Source: Limnothrix sp. BL-A-16
GTDB lineage: Bacteria > Cyanobacteriota > Cyanobacteriia > CACIAM-69d
Length of the DNA stretch: 64,000 nt
Reading direction: 5' to 3'
Assembly (NCBI GenBank): GCA_041937175.2
Contig: CP166615.1
Location: 2,208,001-2,272,000 of the forward strand
The notes beneath the pieces were generated by a model, which was not told the DNA's origin, made no database searches, and saw only the letters and a program-made list of their open reading frames with translations. How positions within the stretch are numbered: the stretch's first letter is position 1; every line of letters begins with the position of its first letter. Below, piece after piece: positions 21,224 to 32,148 of the stretch. The translations under genes and the position numbers were made by a program.

Positions 21224-22198
21224 ATGGCTCGATCGCGCTGGCAAGGACGTGCGCTGGGATTGTTGATGGCGATCGCGCCGATCACCGCTCCCGCCGCCTG
21301 GGCAAACACCCCCGCCGCCCCGAACAGCACCGGCTCCGCTCGCTCGGAAATGACGCTGCAAACACAAATTGCCCCACCGCAAATCACCCTCCTAGAAACG
21401 GGCCAGGGCGATCGGCAGTCCTTGCGATTGCGCCTTCAGCAGGGCGATCAGCAGCGATCGTTATTGGTGATGAAAAGCCAAATGCAACTCACCCTGGCGG
21501 GCCAACAACCCATGGCCATGCCCGTGCCGGAAATGCGGCTGCTGACGGAAATTACGATCAATCAGGTGGCCGCCGATGGCCAGGTGAGCTACACCCTGCG
21601 CTATCCCAAGATCGAAATGATTGCGCCGCCGGAAATGTCCTTCGTGCAAGCGGCCATGGACAGCACCGCTCGGGAACTGGAACGAATTCAGATTCAGGTG
21701 GAGGGGGACGATCGGGGAAAACTCTCGAAGGTGAATGTGCTGGCGGACGGCGAGCTTTCGGCCCCTTTGCAGGCCAGCCTCGGCCAAATGACCGAATCGA
21801 TTCGCAACAGCAACATCGAATTTCCCGCCGAGCCGATCGGGGTTGGAGGGCGCTGGCAAAGTGTCACGGAAATTGAATCCGGGGGGCTGCGAATTCAGCA
21901 GCGGGCGGTTTATCAGGTGGTGGAAATCACGCCCGATCGGGTGGTCTTGAACGTGACCGCAGAACAGACGGCCCCGCCCCAAAAACTCACCATTCCCGGC
22001 CTGGCCCCGGAGCAAGCCCCTTCTCTGCGGTCTTATCAGGCCAATGGTTCGGGTCAAATTCAGATGAACTTCAACCGCGTGGTTCCCACCCAATCGAATC
22101 TGTCCCTGAAGGTGCGATCGGAAATGGAAGGGTTACCCGGCGTGGGCACGGCCCTGATGACCGGTGATTTAGAAATGACCCTGGAGCCGCAACCCTAG
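21224..22198 (+). CDS. secreted hypothetical protein (DUF6263-like)
   Basis: Signal peptide (…APAAWA) and FPAEPIGVGGRW motif in a beta-rich body. Confidence 0.65.
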   Translation: MARSRWQGRALGLLMAIAPITAPAAWANTPAAPNSTGSARSEMTLQTQIAPPQITLLETGQGDRQSLRLRLQQGDQQRSLLVMKSQMQLTLAGQQPMAMPVPEMRLLTEITINQVAADGQVSYTLRYPKIEMIAPPEMSFVQAAMDSTARELERIQIQVEGDDRGKLSKVNVLADGELSAPLQASLGQMTESIRNSNIEFPAEPIGVGGRWQSVTEIESGGLRIQQRAVYQVVEITPDRVVLNVTAEQTAPPQKLTIPGLAPEQAPSLRSYQANGSGQIQMNFNRVVPTQSNLSLKVRSEMEGLPGVGTALMTGDLEMTLEPQP

Positions 22199-22253
22199 CG
22201 CACTTGCCTATAATTGGGGGCCCTCTCTGGTCGCGATCGGGCGATGTGCGGTA

Positions 22254-23015
22254 ATGGAGTTGAAAGTTGCCCTGTCGGCGCGGCGGGTGCTGGGTTGGTT
22301 GCTGTTCACGGTGGCGCTGCTGACCCTGGCGGGAACGGCGGTGCAGGTGGCGAAATATGCCTTTGGCTATCGCGAAGGCTGGACAAGGCTGTTTAACCTC
22401 GATCGGGAATATAACCTGCCCTCCCTGTTTTCCACGGGTTTGTTAGGGGGCTGTGCCCTGTTGCTCCGGGCCATCGGTCAGCGAGCGGCCGCCTTGGGCG
22501 ATCGCTGGGCCCCCTCCTGGCGGCTGTTGGGTGGCATTTTCACCTTTTTGGCCCTGGATGAGTGGTTCAGCATCCATGAAATTTTGATCTTGCCCGATTT
22601 GGCGAAATGGGCAGGGTTGCCGGGCTTTTTAAAGCAAATTTGGGTGATTCCGGCGGCGATCGCCGTGGGCTGGGGCGCTTGGCGATTTTGGCCCTTTTGG
22701 CGACAGCTCCCCCCCAAGTTACGCGGTCGATCGCTGCTGGCGGGCTGTTTGTATGTTTCTGGGGCGTTGCTGATGGAGATGGTGGGCGGGGCCTATTCCG
22801 CCGATCAGGGGCAACAAAACCTGACCTATGCCCTGCTGACGGTGGTGGAAGAGGTGGCGGAAATGCTGGGAACCACCCTGTTTTTGTGGGCGTTGTTGGT
22901 GCATTTGGGATCCTGGTCGGGGAAATTTTCCTTGGTGCTTAATTTGGGCGATCGAACTTTGGGCGATCAGAATTTAGGCGATCGACCAGATCCCAAGGAT
23001 TCCCAGCGGCCATGA
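22254..23015 (+). CDS. conserved hypothetical membrane protein
   Basis: Multiple TM segments; FNLDREYNLP, ALDEWFSIHE and EEVAEMLG. Confidence 0.75.
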   Translation: MELKVALSARRVLGWLLFTVALLTLAGTAVQVAKYAFGYREGWTRLFNLDREYNLPSLFSTGLLGGCALLLRAIGQRAAALGDRWAPSWRLLGGIFTFLALDEWFSIHEILILPDLAKWAGLPGFLKQIWVIPAAIAVGWGAWRFWPFWRQLPPKLRGRSLLAGCLYVSGALLMEMVGGAYSADQGQQNLTYALLTVVEEVAEMLGTTLFLWALLVHLGSWSGKFSLVLNLGDRTLGDQNLGDRPDPKDSQRP

Positions 23016-24859
23016 TTGAAAAATTGCTTGGCCCACAAGGCTCCTCAGCGGAGCCAGGGGCGATCGGACAGGTTGCTTTTTGGCGATCGGGCTGGGCCGT
23101 CCTGGGGTGGACATTGCTGGGGGCCCTGGTGCGGTTTTGGAATTTGGGGGGCAAACCGCCATCCAGCATTGAAGTGGCCTCGATCGGTTTTGGACTGGGC
23201 AACGGGTTTGATCATTTGCCGCTCGATCGGCTAGTCCGCTTGGCAGAACTCTTGGAACCCTTGCGGGTGCAACCCACCGTGGGGCTGGATGAAACGATCG
23301 CCCGTTTAGCAGCCCAAAGCACCCATCCGCCCCTCTTTTTTGGGTTAATGCATGGCTGGCTGAGGGCGCTCACCCCGGCAGGTGGGTTAGTGGATTTGGC
23401 CACGGCGCGATCGCTCAGTGCCCTGCTGGGTTGTTTGGCAATTCCCGCCGGATTCTGGCTTGCCCAATGGCTGGCGGGTCACCTGGTTCCACTCCGAGAC
23501 GGTGCAGCGGCTCCGCAGCCCACCGATCGCCCTGTGGCGGCCCTTTGGATGGCCCACGGGGTGGCAGCCCTGTTGGCCCTGTCGCCCTATGGGGTGGCCA
23601 TGGCCCAGGAGGCCCGGCACTACACCCTAGCGATTTTGTGGGCGATCGGCACTTGGGCCGCCACCTTGGGAGCCGTTCACCGCTTGGATCAGGGACGATC
23701 GCCCGGTTGGGGCTTGGGAATTGCTTGGGTGCTGGGGAATGGCCTTAGCTTGGCCACCCACTATTTTTGTCTGTTGGGGATTGCGGCCCAGGGGCTGGCG
23801 ATCGGCTGGTTAGCTTGGAACCAAGGGCGATCGCAGGGGTGGTCAATCCTTCGGGGGCGGCCCTGGCGCGTGATGGGGGTGATTGCCCTGGCCCAAATTG
23901 CCACGGCGGCCGCTTGGTTGCCGGCCATGGCGGGAGCATCCGAAAGTGAACTCACCGCTTGGATTCGGGAGGATCTGAGTCCGGCGGAATGGCTCTTGCC
24001 GCCCCTGCGGTTGCTGGCTTGGTTGGCCACCATGGTGGTGTTGCTGCCGGTGGAACAGCAGCCCCTACCGGTGATTCTGGGCAGCGCGATCGCCCTGTTG
24101 GCCATTCTGGGATTACTGCTGCGGATGATTGGGCCCCTTTGGCGATCGGGTTTGGCCCGTCCTGCGCCGCTGTGGTGGGCGCTCAGCATTGGGATTTTGG
24201 GGCCGTTGGTGCTAATGCTGCTGTCGATTTACACCGATCGAGGTGACCTCAGCGTCGCTCCCCGATACCAGTTTGTGCATTTCCCGCTGGTGGTTTTGGG
24301 GGTGGGGTTGGCCCTGGGTCAGCGGGCGGCCGATCGCGCTCCCCTTTCGATCGGTCGGTGGCAGGGGTCGGGGCGATCGGTCATGGTCGCGATCCTGATT
24401 GTCAGTCTGTTGGGGAGCTGGGCGGTGGCCAACAATTGGGGCTTTTTAAAATCGCGACAAATCGATCGCCTGTGGGAGCAAATCGAAGGGCGATCGACCC
24501 ATGCCCCGCTGCTCGTCAGTCACATTGAAACCTATGCCGAAATTCGCGGCACCGTGGCGATCGCCTACGAATGGCAACGACGACAAGCGGCACAAACCCA
24601 GCAGCGCCCAGCCCAGCCCCCGAATTCACCCCAACTTGCACCCCAATTTTTGATGCTGCAAGAGGCGAGCGATCGGGCCGATGCCCAGGCCCCCTTAGCC
24701 CAGGTGATTCAGCAGCAGGCTCGGCCCTTTGACCTGTGGACAGTTGACCTGTCACCCGCCTTGGACTTGGAAGCCTATGGGTGCAAGCGAGCGAAGGAAC
24801 GCCGCCGACCCACGGGCTATCGTTTGCGCCACTACCAATGCACCGAAGCGGCTTCTTGA
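23012..24859 (+). CDS. GT39/PMT-like membrane glycosyltransferase
   Basis: HPPLFF, QEARHYTL, THYF and APRYQF motifs in a polytopic membrane protein; ATGA overlap with the upstream gene. Confidence 0.78.
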   Translation: MIEKLLGPQGSSAEPGAIGQVAFWRSGWAVLGWTLLGALVRFWNLGGKPPSSIEVASIGFGLGNGFDHLPLDRLVRLAELLEPLRVQPTVGLDETIARLAAQSTHPPLFFGLMHGWLRALTPAGGLVDLATARSLSALLGCLAIPAGFWLAQWLAGHLVPLRDGAAAPQPTDRPVAALWMAHGVAALLALSPYGVAMAQEARHYTLAILWAIGTWAATLGAVHRLDQGRSPGWGLGIAWVLGNGLSLATHYFCLLGIAAQGLAIGWLAWNQGRSQGWSILRGRPWRVMGVIALAQIATAAAWLPAMAGASESELTAWIREDLSPAEWLLPPLRLLAWLATMVVLLPVEQQPLPVILGSAIALLAILGLLLRMIGPLWRSGLARPAPLWWALSIGILGPLVLMLLSIYTDRGDLSVAPRYQFVHFPLVVLGVGLALGQRAADRAPLSIGRWQGSGRSVMVAILIVSLLGSWAVANNWGFLKSRQIDRLWEQIEGRSTHAPLLVSHIETYAEIRGTVAIAYEWQRRQAAQTQQRPAQPPNSPQLAPQFLMLQEASDRADAQAPLAQVIQQQARPFDLWTVDLSPALDLEAYGCKRAKERRRPTGYRLRHYQCTEAAS

Positions 24860-24958
24860 CCTTACCCGTTCGCCCCAATCATGCCGAGCGGGTGAACGGG
24901 GCGATCGACCCGGCCAGCAGTTGGTCATTAGGCTGGATGGGATTTTTCAGGCGGCAAC

Positions 24959-26137
24959 CTAGGCGCGATCGGGCTTGGCAAAGGCACGGAAATAGAGCGA
25001 TTTTGAGAACTCTTTGATCGGAAAGAGTAGATAGGTCAGGGGATTGATTGTCACGATGATGTTGCGCACATCCCGTTCCGCCAAGGCCACGATCGCCCGA
25101 GCAACCCACCCCGCCGACATAATCCCGATCGGGTTGAGATCGCTCTTGAACGGGCCAAGAATCAGCTTCCGCACCACACAGGGCGCATCCAGTCGCCGCA
25201 GGGTGATCAAATCCCCGATCGCCCGTTTCGATAGCTCATAGAGGGGGCTAAACGCCGGGTTCACTTCCGCTTCGGAGGTGTTGACCCAAACTTCCTTCAG
25301 GGCCCGGTGTTCCGATTTGGTGACCGTTTCAAAAAATAGCTCCATCAACCGCCAAGCCGACAGGGTGTTCACCTCCAACGCTTGGGCCACGGCCGCCGCC
25401 GAGCGATCGCCCTGATTCACCCCATGGTTAATGATCAAAATATCCACATTGGCCAGGGTTTCGCGCAGGGCCGCCTCTTCGCCCGATCGCCAAGTGACCA
25501 CCCGCACATTGCCCTCAAAGGTGGTTCCTTCGCGCGTTGTCAGGGCAATCAGCCTCGCTCCTCGACTTTGCAACACGGCAATCAGGGCCCGGCCCATGCT
25601 GCCCGACGCGCCGGTAATCGCGATTGTTTTGCCCTTCAAGGACAGGGCTGTGCCCAGCAGCTTATCCACCAACGTCAAAGACCCACAGTAATAGGCATTG
25701 CCCGAATCAAAATGGTGTCGCCAATGGTAGGTGCGATTCACCGTCCAGACGGAGGGGTTACTATCCAGATCACCCGCCTTATGGGTTAGGTCGGTTTCCA
25801 TCAGGTAGCCGCGCGATCGGGCGATCGCCGTGGCCAAAAAGCCCAGGGAGTAGAGGCAACCGAGCCACATTCCCCACTGACCCGACAAGGCCGCCGTCAG
25901 CCCCACCACCGAAGCCATGGTGGCCGCTTCGGGCGCATCGTTGGCCAATTGTGCTTTGTAATAGGCATCAAGGCTGCTGATGGTTAGGTCACGGCGATAG
26001 ACCTTGTGGTGCATGTTGTGGGCCCGTTGTAGCGGTTCCCAATAGTGGCCGGCCACATGATAAAAATCGCGCACGATTTCGGCCAGGACGATCGAGCCGA
26101 TCGCCCAACTCAGTTGTACGAATCCCTCTGCGTTCAT
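24959..26137 (-). CDS. bifunctional sterol-desaturase-like / short-chain dehydrogenase
   Basis: His boxes (HVAGH, HNMHH, HWRHH) followed by TGASGSMG and YELSK. Confidence 0.85.
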   Translation of the reverse strand: MNAEGFVQLSWAIGSIVLAEIVRDFYHVAGHYWEPLQRAHNMHHKVYRRDLTISSLDAYYKAQLANDAPEAATMASVVGLTAALSGQWGMWLGCLYSLGFLATAIARSRGYLMETDLTHKAGDLDSNPSVWTVNRTYHWRHHFDSGNAYYCGSLTLVDKLLGTALSLKGKTIAITGASGSMGRALIAVLQSRGARLIALTTREGTTFEGNVRVVTWRSGEEAALRETLANVDILIINHGVNQGDRSAAAVAQALEVNTLSAWRLMELFFETVTKSEHRALKEVWVNTSEAEVNPAFSPLYELSKRAIGDLITLRRLDAPCVVRKLILGPFKSDLNPIGIMSAGWVARAIVALAERDVRNIIVTINPLTYLLFPIKEFSKSLYFRAFAKPDRA

Positions 26138-26359
26138 GATTTGGTTCTACTTAGCCCAGCTACGGATGCTCAAAACGGTTCAACGTTGAATTGCCATGGG
26201 ATCAGGTTCAACCGGGCGATCGATTACCCAGAATTGAGAAAGACCCGATCGCCCAGTTCGCGGGGCTAGGATGCAGTTTGTTGAATTGAGCTGAATTGAA
26301 TGGAACTGAATTGCACTGATCGTCAATCAGCCCAAGCATCAATCAGCAAAAGACAATGG

Positions 26360-27037
26360 CTATAGAATAGCGACTTCCCGGAGCGGCTGATGCAGCAAGC
26401 AACGGAGATGACATTCAAACAGGTCGGGCGTTTGAACTCCGACGCTGGCGATCGCGGGGGCCGCCGGGAAAGGCAACAGCCGATCAAAATAGACGGGATT
26501 TGGATCTTTGTCTGGGCGATCGAACCCAAATTGCATCAAATACAAACCAGGCGGAAGCCGGAGCCAATTCATTAGCTCAAAACCCAACCGATAGGCCGCC
26601 TGTCGATCGCGATCGGACAGGTGATGGGGCTGAAGGAACTGACCCGTTGAGCCAGGTTCCGCACCGAGGGCGATCGCTTCACCATACAGAGGCCCCTTGG
26701 CGGTAACGATCAGGGGTAGCCACAACTGGCCCTCGCCGTTGGGCCAATCTAATTCCGCCGTCACCCGCGATCGCAAGCTTTCGGCCGCCGCGCAGGTCAC
26801 CCAGGTGGGACGGTGAACCCAGTCTGCCGGAAAGCGATCGTCCTCCAAGATCCGTAAGGTTAGGGGACAGTCGATCGCCCCTGGGCCGCCGGGCAAAGGA
26901 GTTTCATCACCCACCACCACGATCTGCAGATCAAGCCGGTCAACTGCCACGGACTTCAATCGATCGAGCGCCACCGACAACCAATCCCCAGCGGCTAGCG
27001 AATCCGCCCGATCGATCCAAACTCTTAAACAGGTCAT
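26360..27037 (-). CDS. conserved cyanobacterial hypothetical protein
   Basis: Coherent ORF overlapping the upstream stop by 4 bp; TAKGPLYGEAI and FDRLLPFPAAPAIAS. Confidence 0.7.
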   Translation of the reverse strand: MTCLRVWIDRADSLAAGDWLSVALDRLKSVAVDRLDLQIVVVGDETPLPGGPGAIDCPLTLRILEDDRFPADWVHRPTWVTCAAAESLRSRVTAELDWPNGEGQLWLPLIVTAKGPLYGEAIALGAEPGSTGQFLQPHHLSDRDRQAAYRLGFELMNWLRLPPGLYLMQFGFDRPDKDPNPVYFDRLLPFPAAPAIASVGVQTPDLFECHLRCLLHQPLREVAIL

Positions 27038-27555
27038 GGAGTTTCGCCAGCAAATTCGGGGAGGTCAAGACTTCCGGGGCGACGACTGCTGACCGCCAGC
27101 CGATAGCTAACGCTTTGTAATTCCGCCTGTAGGTTGCGATTTTCCTGTTGCAGTTGGCTCACGCGCTCTTTGATGGCGCTCAGGCGGTCTTCAAACTTAG
27201 AGCGATAGACGTTGGGCAATTCCTGAATCGTTTGCTCCAGCATCCGGCTGCGATCGCCCAATTCTTGCACTGACTGGCGTAATTGATAGATTTCCGCGTC
27301 CCGATCGGCCAATTGATCTTGATAAAAACCCACCTGTTCTTCCACTTCCCGCACCCGATCGCGCAGGGCTTGCAATTCCGCTTGATGGCGCTCTGGCTGG
27401 TCGGAGGTGGGCACCAGGCCCGCATTGCCCTTCACCAAGCGGAACAGTTCCTGCGAAAGCTGCTGTACCAAGCGATCGCGCATTTGCAGCTCATCACGCA
27501 AGCGGGCAATTTCCGCTGGGGCTGCTTGACCGTTCAATCCGTCGGCTTGCATCAC
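27034..27555 (-). CDS. coiled-coil protein (Npun_F5560-like)
   Basis: Heptad-rich sequence; LVQQLSQELFRLVKGN. Confidence 0.72.
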   Translation of the reverse strand: MMQADGLNGQAAPAEIARLRDELQMRDRLVQQLSQELFRLVKGNAGLVPTSDQPERHQAELQALRDRVREVEEQVGFYQDQLADRDAEIYQLRQSVQELGDRSRMLEQTIQELPNVYRSKFEDRLSAIKERVSQLQQENRNLQAELQSVSYRLAVSSRRPGSLDLPEFAGETP

Positions 27556-27708
27556 GGCAATGGGATGGGGTTAATAATCGTATGAACAACGCTACCGTAT
27601 TTTTTAACCCAAGATTGGCTTGAACAGCTAGGGCTAGGCCAGAAGCTGTTTTTGATTCATCGTTTTCGATTCGCTGTTTTTAATTCAATCGCTGATTTCA
27701 AGAAGACT

Positions 27709-28488
27709 GTGCTACCTCGCGAAACCCTGCTGAAGCGTGCAACCCACCGAGACACGATCGCCCGGGCGATCGACCTGGCAGACCAGAGCCTAAAAACCTG
27801 GGAACCGGCCGTGAGCGATTTTTTGTCACCGCCGGAAATTGCCGACATCCAAACCGTCTTCAGTGGCTTGGCGGAAGTGGTGTTCATGCCTTGGGGGGGC
27901 TATCCCCAAGCGGAACGGCAGCGGGTGGCCTTTGCCCGATCGGAACTGCCGTTGGTGACGGACGCGATCGAGGTGGCAGCCTTGGAAATTGCCGGGAATT
28001 TTTTGTTTGACCCGGCCACCCATCGGGACTTTTTGGGGGCCCTGTTGGGGACGGGGTTGGTGCGCGACAAGGTGGGCGATTTGTTGGTGCAGGGGGAACG
28101 CGGGGCCCAAGCTCTGGTTGCGCCGGAGGTGGTGGAATTTTTGGAGCTGAGCTTAACCCAGGTGCGATCGGTGCCGGTGAAAACCCGCGCCATTCCCCTC
28201 AGTGAACTGAAGGTTCGCGAACCCAAGAAAAAGGAAATGACCACGGTGGAGGCTTCCTTGCGCCTAGACGCGATCGCCTCCGCCGGGTTTGGCCTCTCCC
28301 GCAGCAAAATGGCGGAGGCCATTTCCGGGGGCGATGTGCGGGTGAACTGGAAAGATATCACCAGCCCCAGCCATTTGCTGAAATCGGGGGATCTGGTGGT
28401 GTTGGCGGGCAAAGGTCGCCTCTCGATCGGGGAGATTGCCACCACCAAGAAGGATCGCTATCGGGTACAACTCACGCGATTTGTTTAG
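27709..28488 (+). CDS. photosystem II S4-domain protein (YlmH/Sll1252 family)
   Basis: WGGYPQAERQR, HRDFLGALLGTG and C-terminal S4 SLRLDAIASAGFGLSRSK; GTG start. Confidence 0.9.
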   Translation: MLPRETLLKRATHRDTIARAIDLADQSLKTWEPAVSDFLSPPEIADIQTVFSGLAEVVFMPWGGYPQAERQRVAFARSELPLVTDAIEVAALEIAGNFLFDPATHRDFLGALLGTGLVRDKVGDLLVQGERGAQALVAPEVVEFLELSLTQVRSVPVKTRAIPLSELKVREPKKKEMTTVEASLRLDAIASAGFGLSRSKMAEAISGGDVRVNWKDITSPSHLLKSGDLVVLAGKGRLSIGEIATTKKDRYRVQLTRFV

Positions 28489-28496
28489 GACACCCG

Positions 28497-30818
28497 TTAG
28501 CGGGCGGGAGCGCGTTTTTTCCACTGGGCGATCGCCTGTTGGGCGCTGGCATAGGCCGCCGTGTTGGGCGGCACTAGGCTGGCCGTTTGGATGGCGGCGG
28601 CCAGTTGGTTGGCATTGGCGCGACCTTGGGCAATCTTGAGAATTTCTTGGCTCCAAAGATTGATTTGGTCGCGGGCGGCGGGATAGCCCGGTTGGTTCAC
28701 GGGCACACTGCGGGCCAGGTCGATCGCCCGGTTATAGCTAGAGGCTTGGTTCAGTTGAATTTGGCCGGCGGCCTTTTGCAGGGTGGCGCGGTTGTTGGCC
28801 TGTTGCTGCTGGAGGGTTTGCCATTGGGCGATCGAGCTGCGTGCTTCTTGGTACACCTCACCCCGATCGGGCGCAACAATTTTGGCCGCCGCGATCGCCC
28901 CGCCAAAGTCGCCATTGAGGGCCCGCCCCTTGGCCAAATCCAAAATGACCCGGCTCCAACGGTCGATCGCCTGTTGGGCTTGACCGTAGCCCGGATCTCC
29001 CGGCTTGATTTGTCGGGCTTGCAAAATTGCCTTGCCAAATTCCGAAGCCTGATTCGTCCCGATCGGGATCCGTGCCAGGCTCAATTGGCTCACCCCGGCA
29101 GGGCTGGCGGCCGGCGGCGTGGAGCTGGGGTTGGGGCTAACTTGGGGGCTGGGTTTTGGGCTAGGTAACCCCGACTGAGCCACAGGAGCGGGCTGAGGAC
29201 TCGCCAAAGGGCTAGGTTCCGGCGGCGGCAACGTCCGGGAGCCAGTGGGCGGCGATGCCCCATTGGCCGGCGCAGGCAGGGGTGTAGCGGGGGCCGGACT
29301 CGCGATCGGGCTAGGGGTTGAGGCTGTGATGTTAGCCCCAAACAGAGCGGCATAGTTGCGGGCCACCACGGCCGCCAACAGCACAATTCCAAAAACTCCC
29401 AACCAGGTCACCAACTGGCGGGCAAAGGCCAAATCACTGGCACTGAGACCAGCCGTGAGCGGGCCAATCAGGGCCAAATCGCGCTGGGACTCGGGAATCG
29501 GTTCCGGTGGTGGAGCGCTGGGTGGTGGGGAACCGTTGGGATTCACAGGCGCGATCGGGGAAACGGGCGCGATCGCGCTTGGGGGCCGCAAGTTGACCGA
29601 CTCCGCCGGGCGATCGCCGTTGGGCAGAGCCGGTGTGAAGGGATTCGATGCGGCTGACCCCGATTGGGCCTCTTCCGTGGGAACCCAATCATTGGCAAAT
29701 AGCGCCTCAAAGGCACTGGGTTCCGTGGCCCAAGCATCGGGCAAATTGGCGGCGGACGCGAATCGATCGAGCGCCTCATCATCCAAAGCCGGACTTTGCA
29801 CCTGATCTGAACCAAACACGCCCAGTTCTGGCGATGGGTCGGGTTGTGGATTAGGTTGCGAATTGGGCTGTGAATTGGGTTGATTCACTGGGTAATCGGC
29901 CTGGGACTCAAGCGGTAGATCACTGGGCGACCCATTTCCCAAGGGGGCGATCGGGGGTTCCACAGCCAAGGCCGGCGCACTGGCCGGAAACACCACAAAG
30001 GATTCGATCGGGCGTGGTGGTTCTGGCATCATCCGCCCCACCACCGTTTCGTAAAGCCGCTCGTGGGGATGGGCAAACACCTGCACCTGGGGCGCAACTC
30101 GGCCCTGATCCTGGGCTAAGGCGCGGGTCGTTTCTCGCAAAAACCGCGAGAGGGCATAGAGATTCATGCCTTGGGATTGGCCCAGGGCCGCCGCCAGGGC
30201 CGGAGCCAACAGGCCGCTGCTTTGGCGACCGGCCCCCGGCTCTGCCAACAAAATCGACAATCCCATTTCTTGGGCCAAGAGGGGAATTTCACCGCCCACC
30301 GGAGCCAGATTGTCTGCGGGCGGCCGGCTCAAGTCCAAAACCAACAACACCTGACCACCGGGGCCGACCCGATCGCTCGCCAATTTCAGGTATTCACAAA
30401 CTCGCCGCAGGGGAATCCCCGCCGTTGCCGCCCGATCGAGACTGGCTTCAATGGGTAGCAAATAATCCCGATCGCGATGACTCACCCCATAGCCACTGAA
30501 AAAGCACCAAAGGGTATCACCGGGGTTCACCAATTCCGTGGCGGCAAAATCCAGCCAATATTCCAGATTTTCGCGATTGGGATAGGTGGGGCGATCGAGC
30601 AGGGGCAAGGAGCGATCGCTCAAAATCACGGTTCGATATTGGGTTCCCGCCGAGCCGCTCGTTTGGCTCTGCCAAGCCTGGGCCACGGTGACCACATTGG
30701 TCTCCGCCTCGGCCAGCGGCGGCAACAAAGGATATTGACCAATCCCGATCGCGATCGCCCAATGGGTTTTGCCCTGGGTTGCACTGGAACTCGTCACCAT
30801 CAAAACCCCTTCGTGCAA
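28497..30818 (-). CDS. caspase-domain (C14) membrane protein, pseudo-orthocaspase
   Basis: WAIAIGIGQY, FFSGYG, YLLPIE and VLDLSR; Pro-rich linkers, one TM segment and C-terminal helical repeats. Confidence 0.78.
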   Translation of the reverse strand: MHEGVLMVTSSSATQGKTHWAIAIGIGQYPLLPPLAEAETNVVTVAQAWQSQTSGSAGTQYRTVILSDRSLPLLDRPTYPNRENLEYWLDFAATELVNPGDTLWCFFSGYGVSHRDRDYLLPIEASLDRAATAGIPLRRVCEYLKLASDRVGPGGQVLLVLDLSRPPADNLAPVGGEIPLLAQEMGLSILLAEPGAGRQSSGLLAPALAAALGQSQGMNLYALSRFLRETTRALAQDQGRVAPQVQVFAHPHERLYETVVGRMMPEPPRPIESFVVFPASAPALAVEPPIAPLGNGSPSDLPLESQADYPVNQPNSQPNSQPNPQPDPSPELGVFGSDQVQSPALDDEALDRFASAANLPDAWATEPSAFEALFANDWVPTEEAQSGSAASNPFTPALPNGDRPAESVNLRPPSAIAPVSPIAPVNPNGSPPPSAPPPEPIPESQRDLALIGPLTAGLSASDLAFARQLVTWLGVFGIVLLAAVVARNYAALFGANITASTPSPIASPAPATPLPAPANGASPPTGSRTLPPPEPSPLASPQPAPVAQSGLPSPKPSPQVSPNPSSTPPAASPAGVSQLSLARIPIGTNQASEFGKAILQARQIKPGDPGYGQAQQAIDRWSRVILDLAKGRALNGDFGGAIAAAKIVAPDRGEVYQEARSSIAQWQTLQQQQANNRATLQKAAGQIQLNQASSYNRAIDLARSVPVNQPGYPAARDQINLWSQEILKIAQGRANANQLAAAIQTASLVPPNTAAYASAQQAIAQWKKRAPAR

Positions 30819-31228
30819 TGCGTTTGTCTACTGTGCCTGGGTTGGGCTGGTTGGGCTAGTGGTTATGGCCCTGCTCGATCGTCTTGAATTGTTTTCAATT
30901 TTGCCGCCCCGAATTCCGTCGCCCCGGATGTTGAGCACATCTTGAGAGCATCTTGCTCGCGGGCAGAACCCAAGCCAAGCGATCGAACCCATCGAAAAAG
31001 TTGCCCAAACCATATCACGGCCGTCCGGCGCTCTGGAAAACGATCGAAATAGCTACGGGATGGCTATGGATTCAAGGGTTGGGATGATCAATGGATCGTC
31101 GTGAAATGAGTGCAACTTTAATTAACGCAAATGCAACTTCAACTAATGCAACTAATGCAACTTTAACGATGCTTGATTTTTGAAGATTGCGAGATGATGG
31201 ATTCATTAACGGATTTCAAGGGTAACGT

Positions 31229-32035
31229 TTGGGGTGGTCTGTGGCGAAATCTTGGGTGAGCCGATCGATTGAGGCCCTGTCGGATTTGGTTTGGCAGCGA
31301 TCCTGTGAGCTATGCGATCGCCCGGCCAAGCATCAAGGCCTCTGCCTCGCCTGCGATCGCCGCTTGCTCGCCAGTCAACTGCCCCTTGAGCAACGGTGGG
31401 GCCGCTTGCCGGCCAACTTGGTTCCGTCGGCTCCCCTGTTCCTGGCTTGGGGGCTTTATGACGGCTCCCTGAAACGGGCGATCGCCGCCTTGAAGTATGA
31501 GGGCCATCCCAAACTGGCAGCGGCCTTGGGCCAGGGTTTGGGTCGTCTGTGGTTGACCCCGGGAACCGATCGGGCCATTGCAACCCCTTGGCAACAGCTC
31601 GATCGATCAGCCCCTTGGGTGATCCCGATTCCGCTCCATGAAGCTCGACTGCAAAAACGCGGCTTTAATCAGGCAGAATTGTTGGCTAAGCACTTTTGTG
31701 ATGTAACAGGCCATCGTCTAATCCCCAATGCCCTGCAACGGATTCGGGACACCCAAGCGCAATTTGGCTTAGGCCAGGGCGATCGAGCCGCCAATGTGCA
31801 GGGGGCCTTTGCCTTGGGGCCGGGCCTGCGGCAACAACGTCCCCGATCGGTGATTTTGCTGGATGATATCTATACTTCCGGGGCCACGGTTCAAGCGGCC
31901 AGCAACAGTCTGCGGGCAGACGGCTGGACGGTGGCGGCGGTGGTGGTGGTGGCCCGATCGGCCCAGCGCCCGGCTCCCGGAACCCACCCACCGACCCGAT
32001 CAACCCCAGCTCGCCCGAAACGTAGAGATTCTTAA
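31229..32035 (+). CDS. comF: ComF family phosphoribosyltransferase-like protein
   Basis: CELC…CLAC, KRGFNQAELLA and ILLDDIYTSGAT; start uncertain. Confidence 0.85.
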   Translation: MGWSVAKSWVSRSIEALSDLVWQRSCELCDRPAKHQGLCLACDRRLLASQLPLEQRWGRLPANLVPSAPLFLAWGLYDGSLKRAIAALKYEGHPKLAAALGQGLGRLWLTPGTDRAIATPWQQLDRSAPWVIPIPLHEARLQKRGFNQAELLAKHFCDVTGHRLIPNALQRIRDTQAQFGLGQGDRAANVQGAFALGPGLRQQRPRSVILLDDIYTSGATVQAASNSLRADGWTVAAVVVVARSAQRPAPGTHPPTRSTPARPKRRDS

Positions 32036-32148
32036 TTGATCGCAACGACCGGAAAACTCGTCCGCTAAAATTCGGTTGCACGGCCGCCGCGCGATCGCCA
32101 GGGCCGCCGTCCTTCCCCCTTGCCTATTTCCTCAAAGGAGCCAGATTC

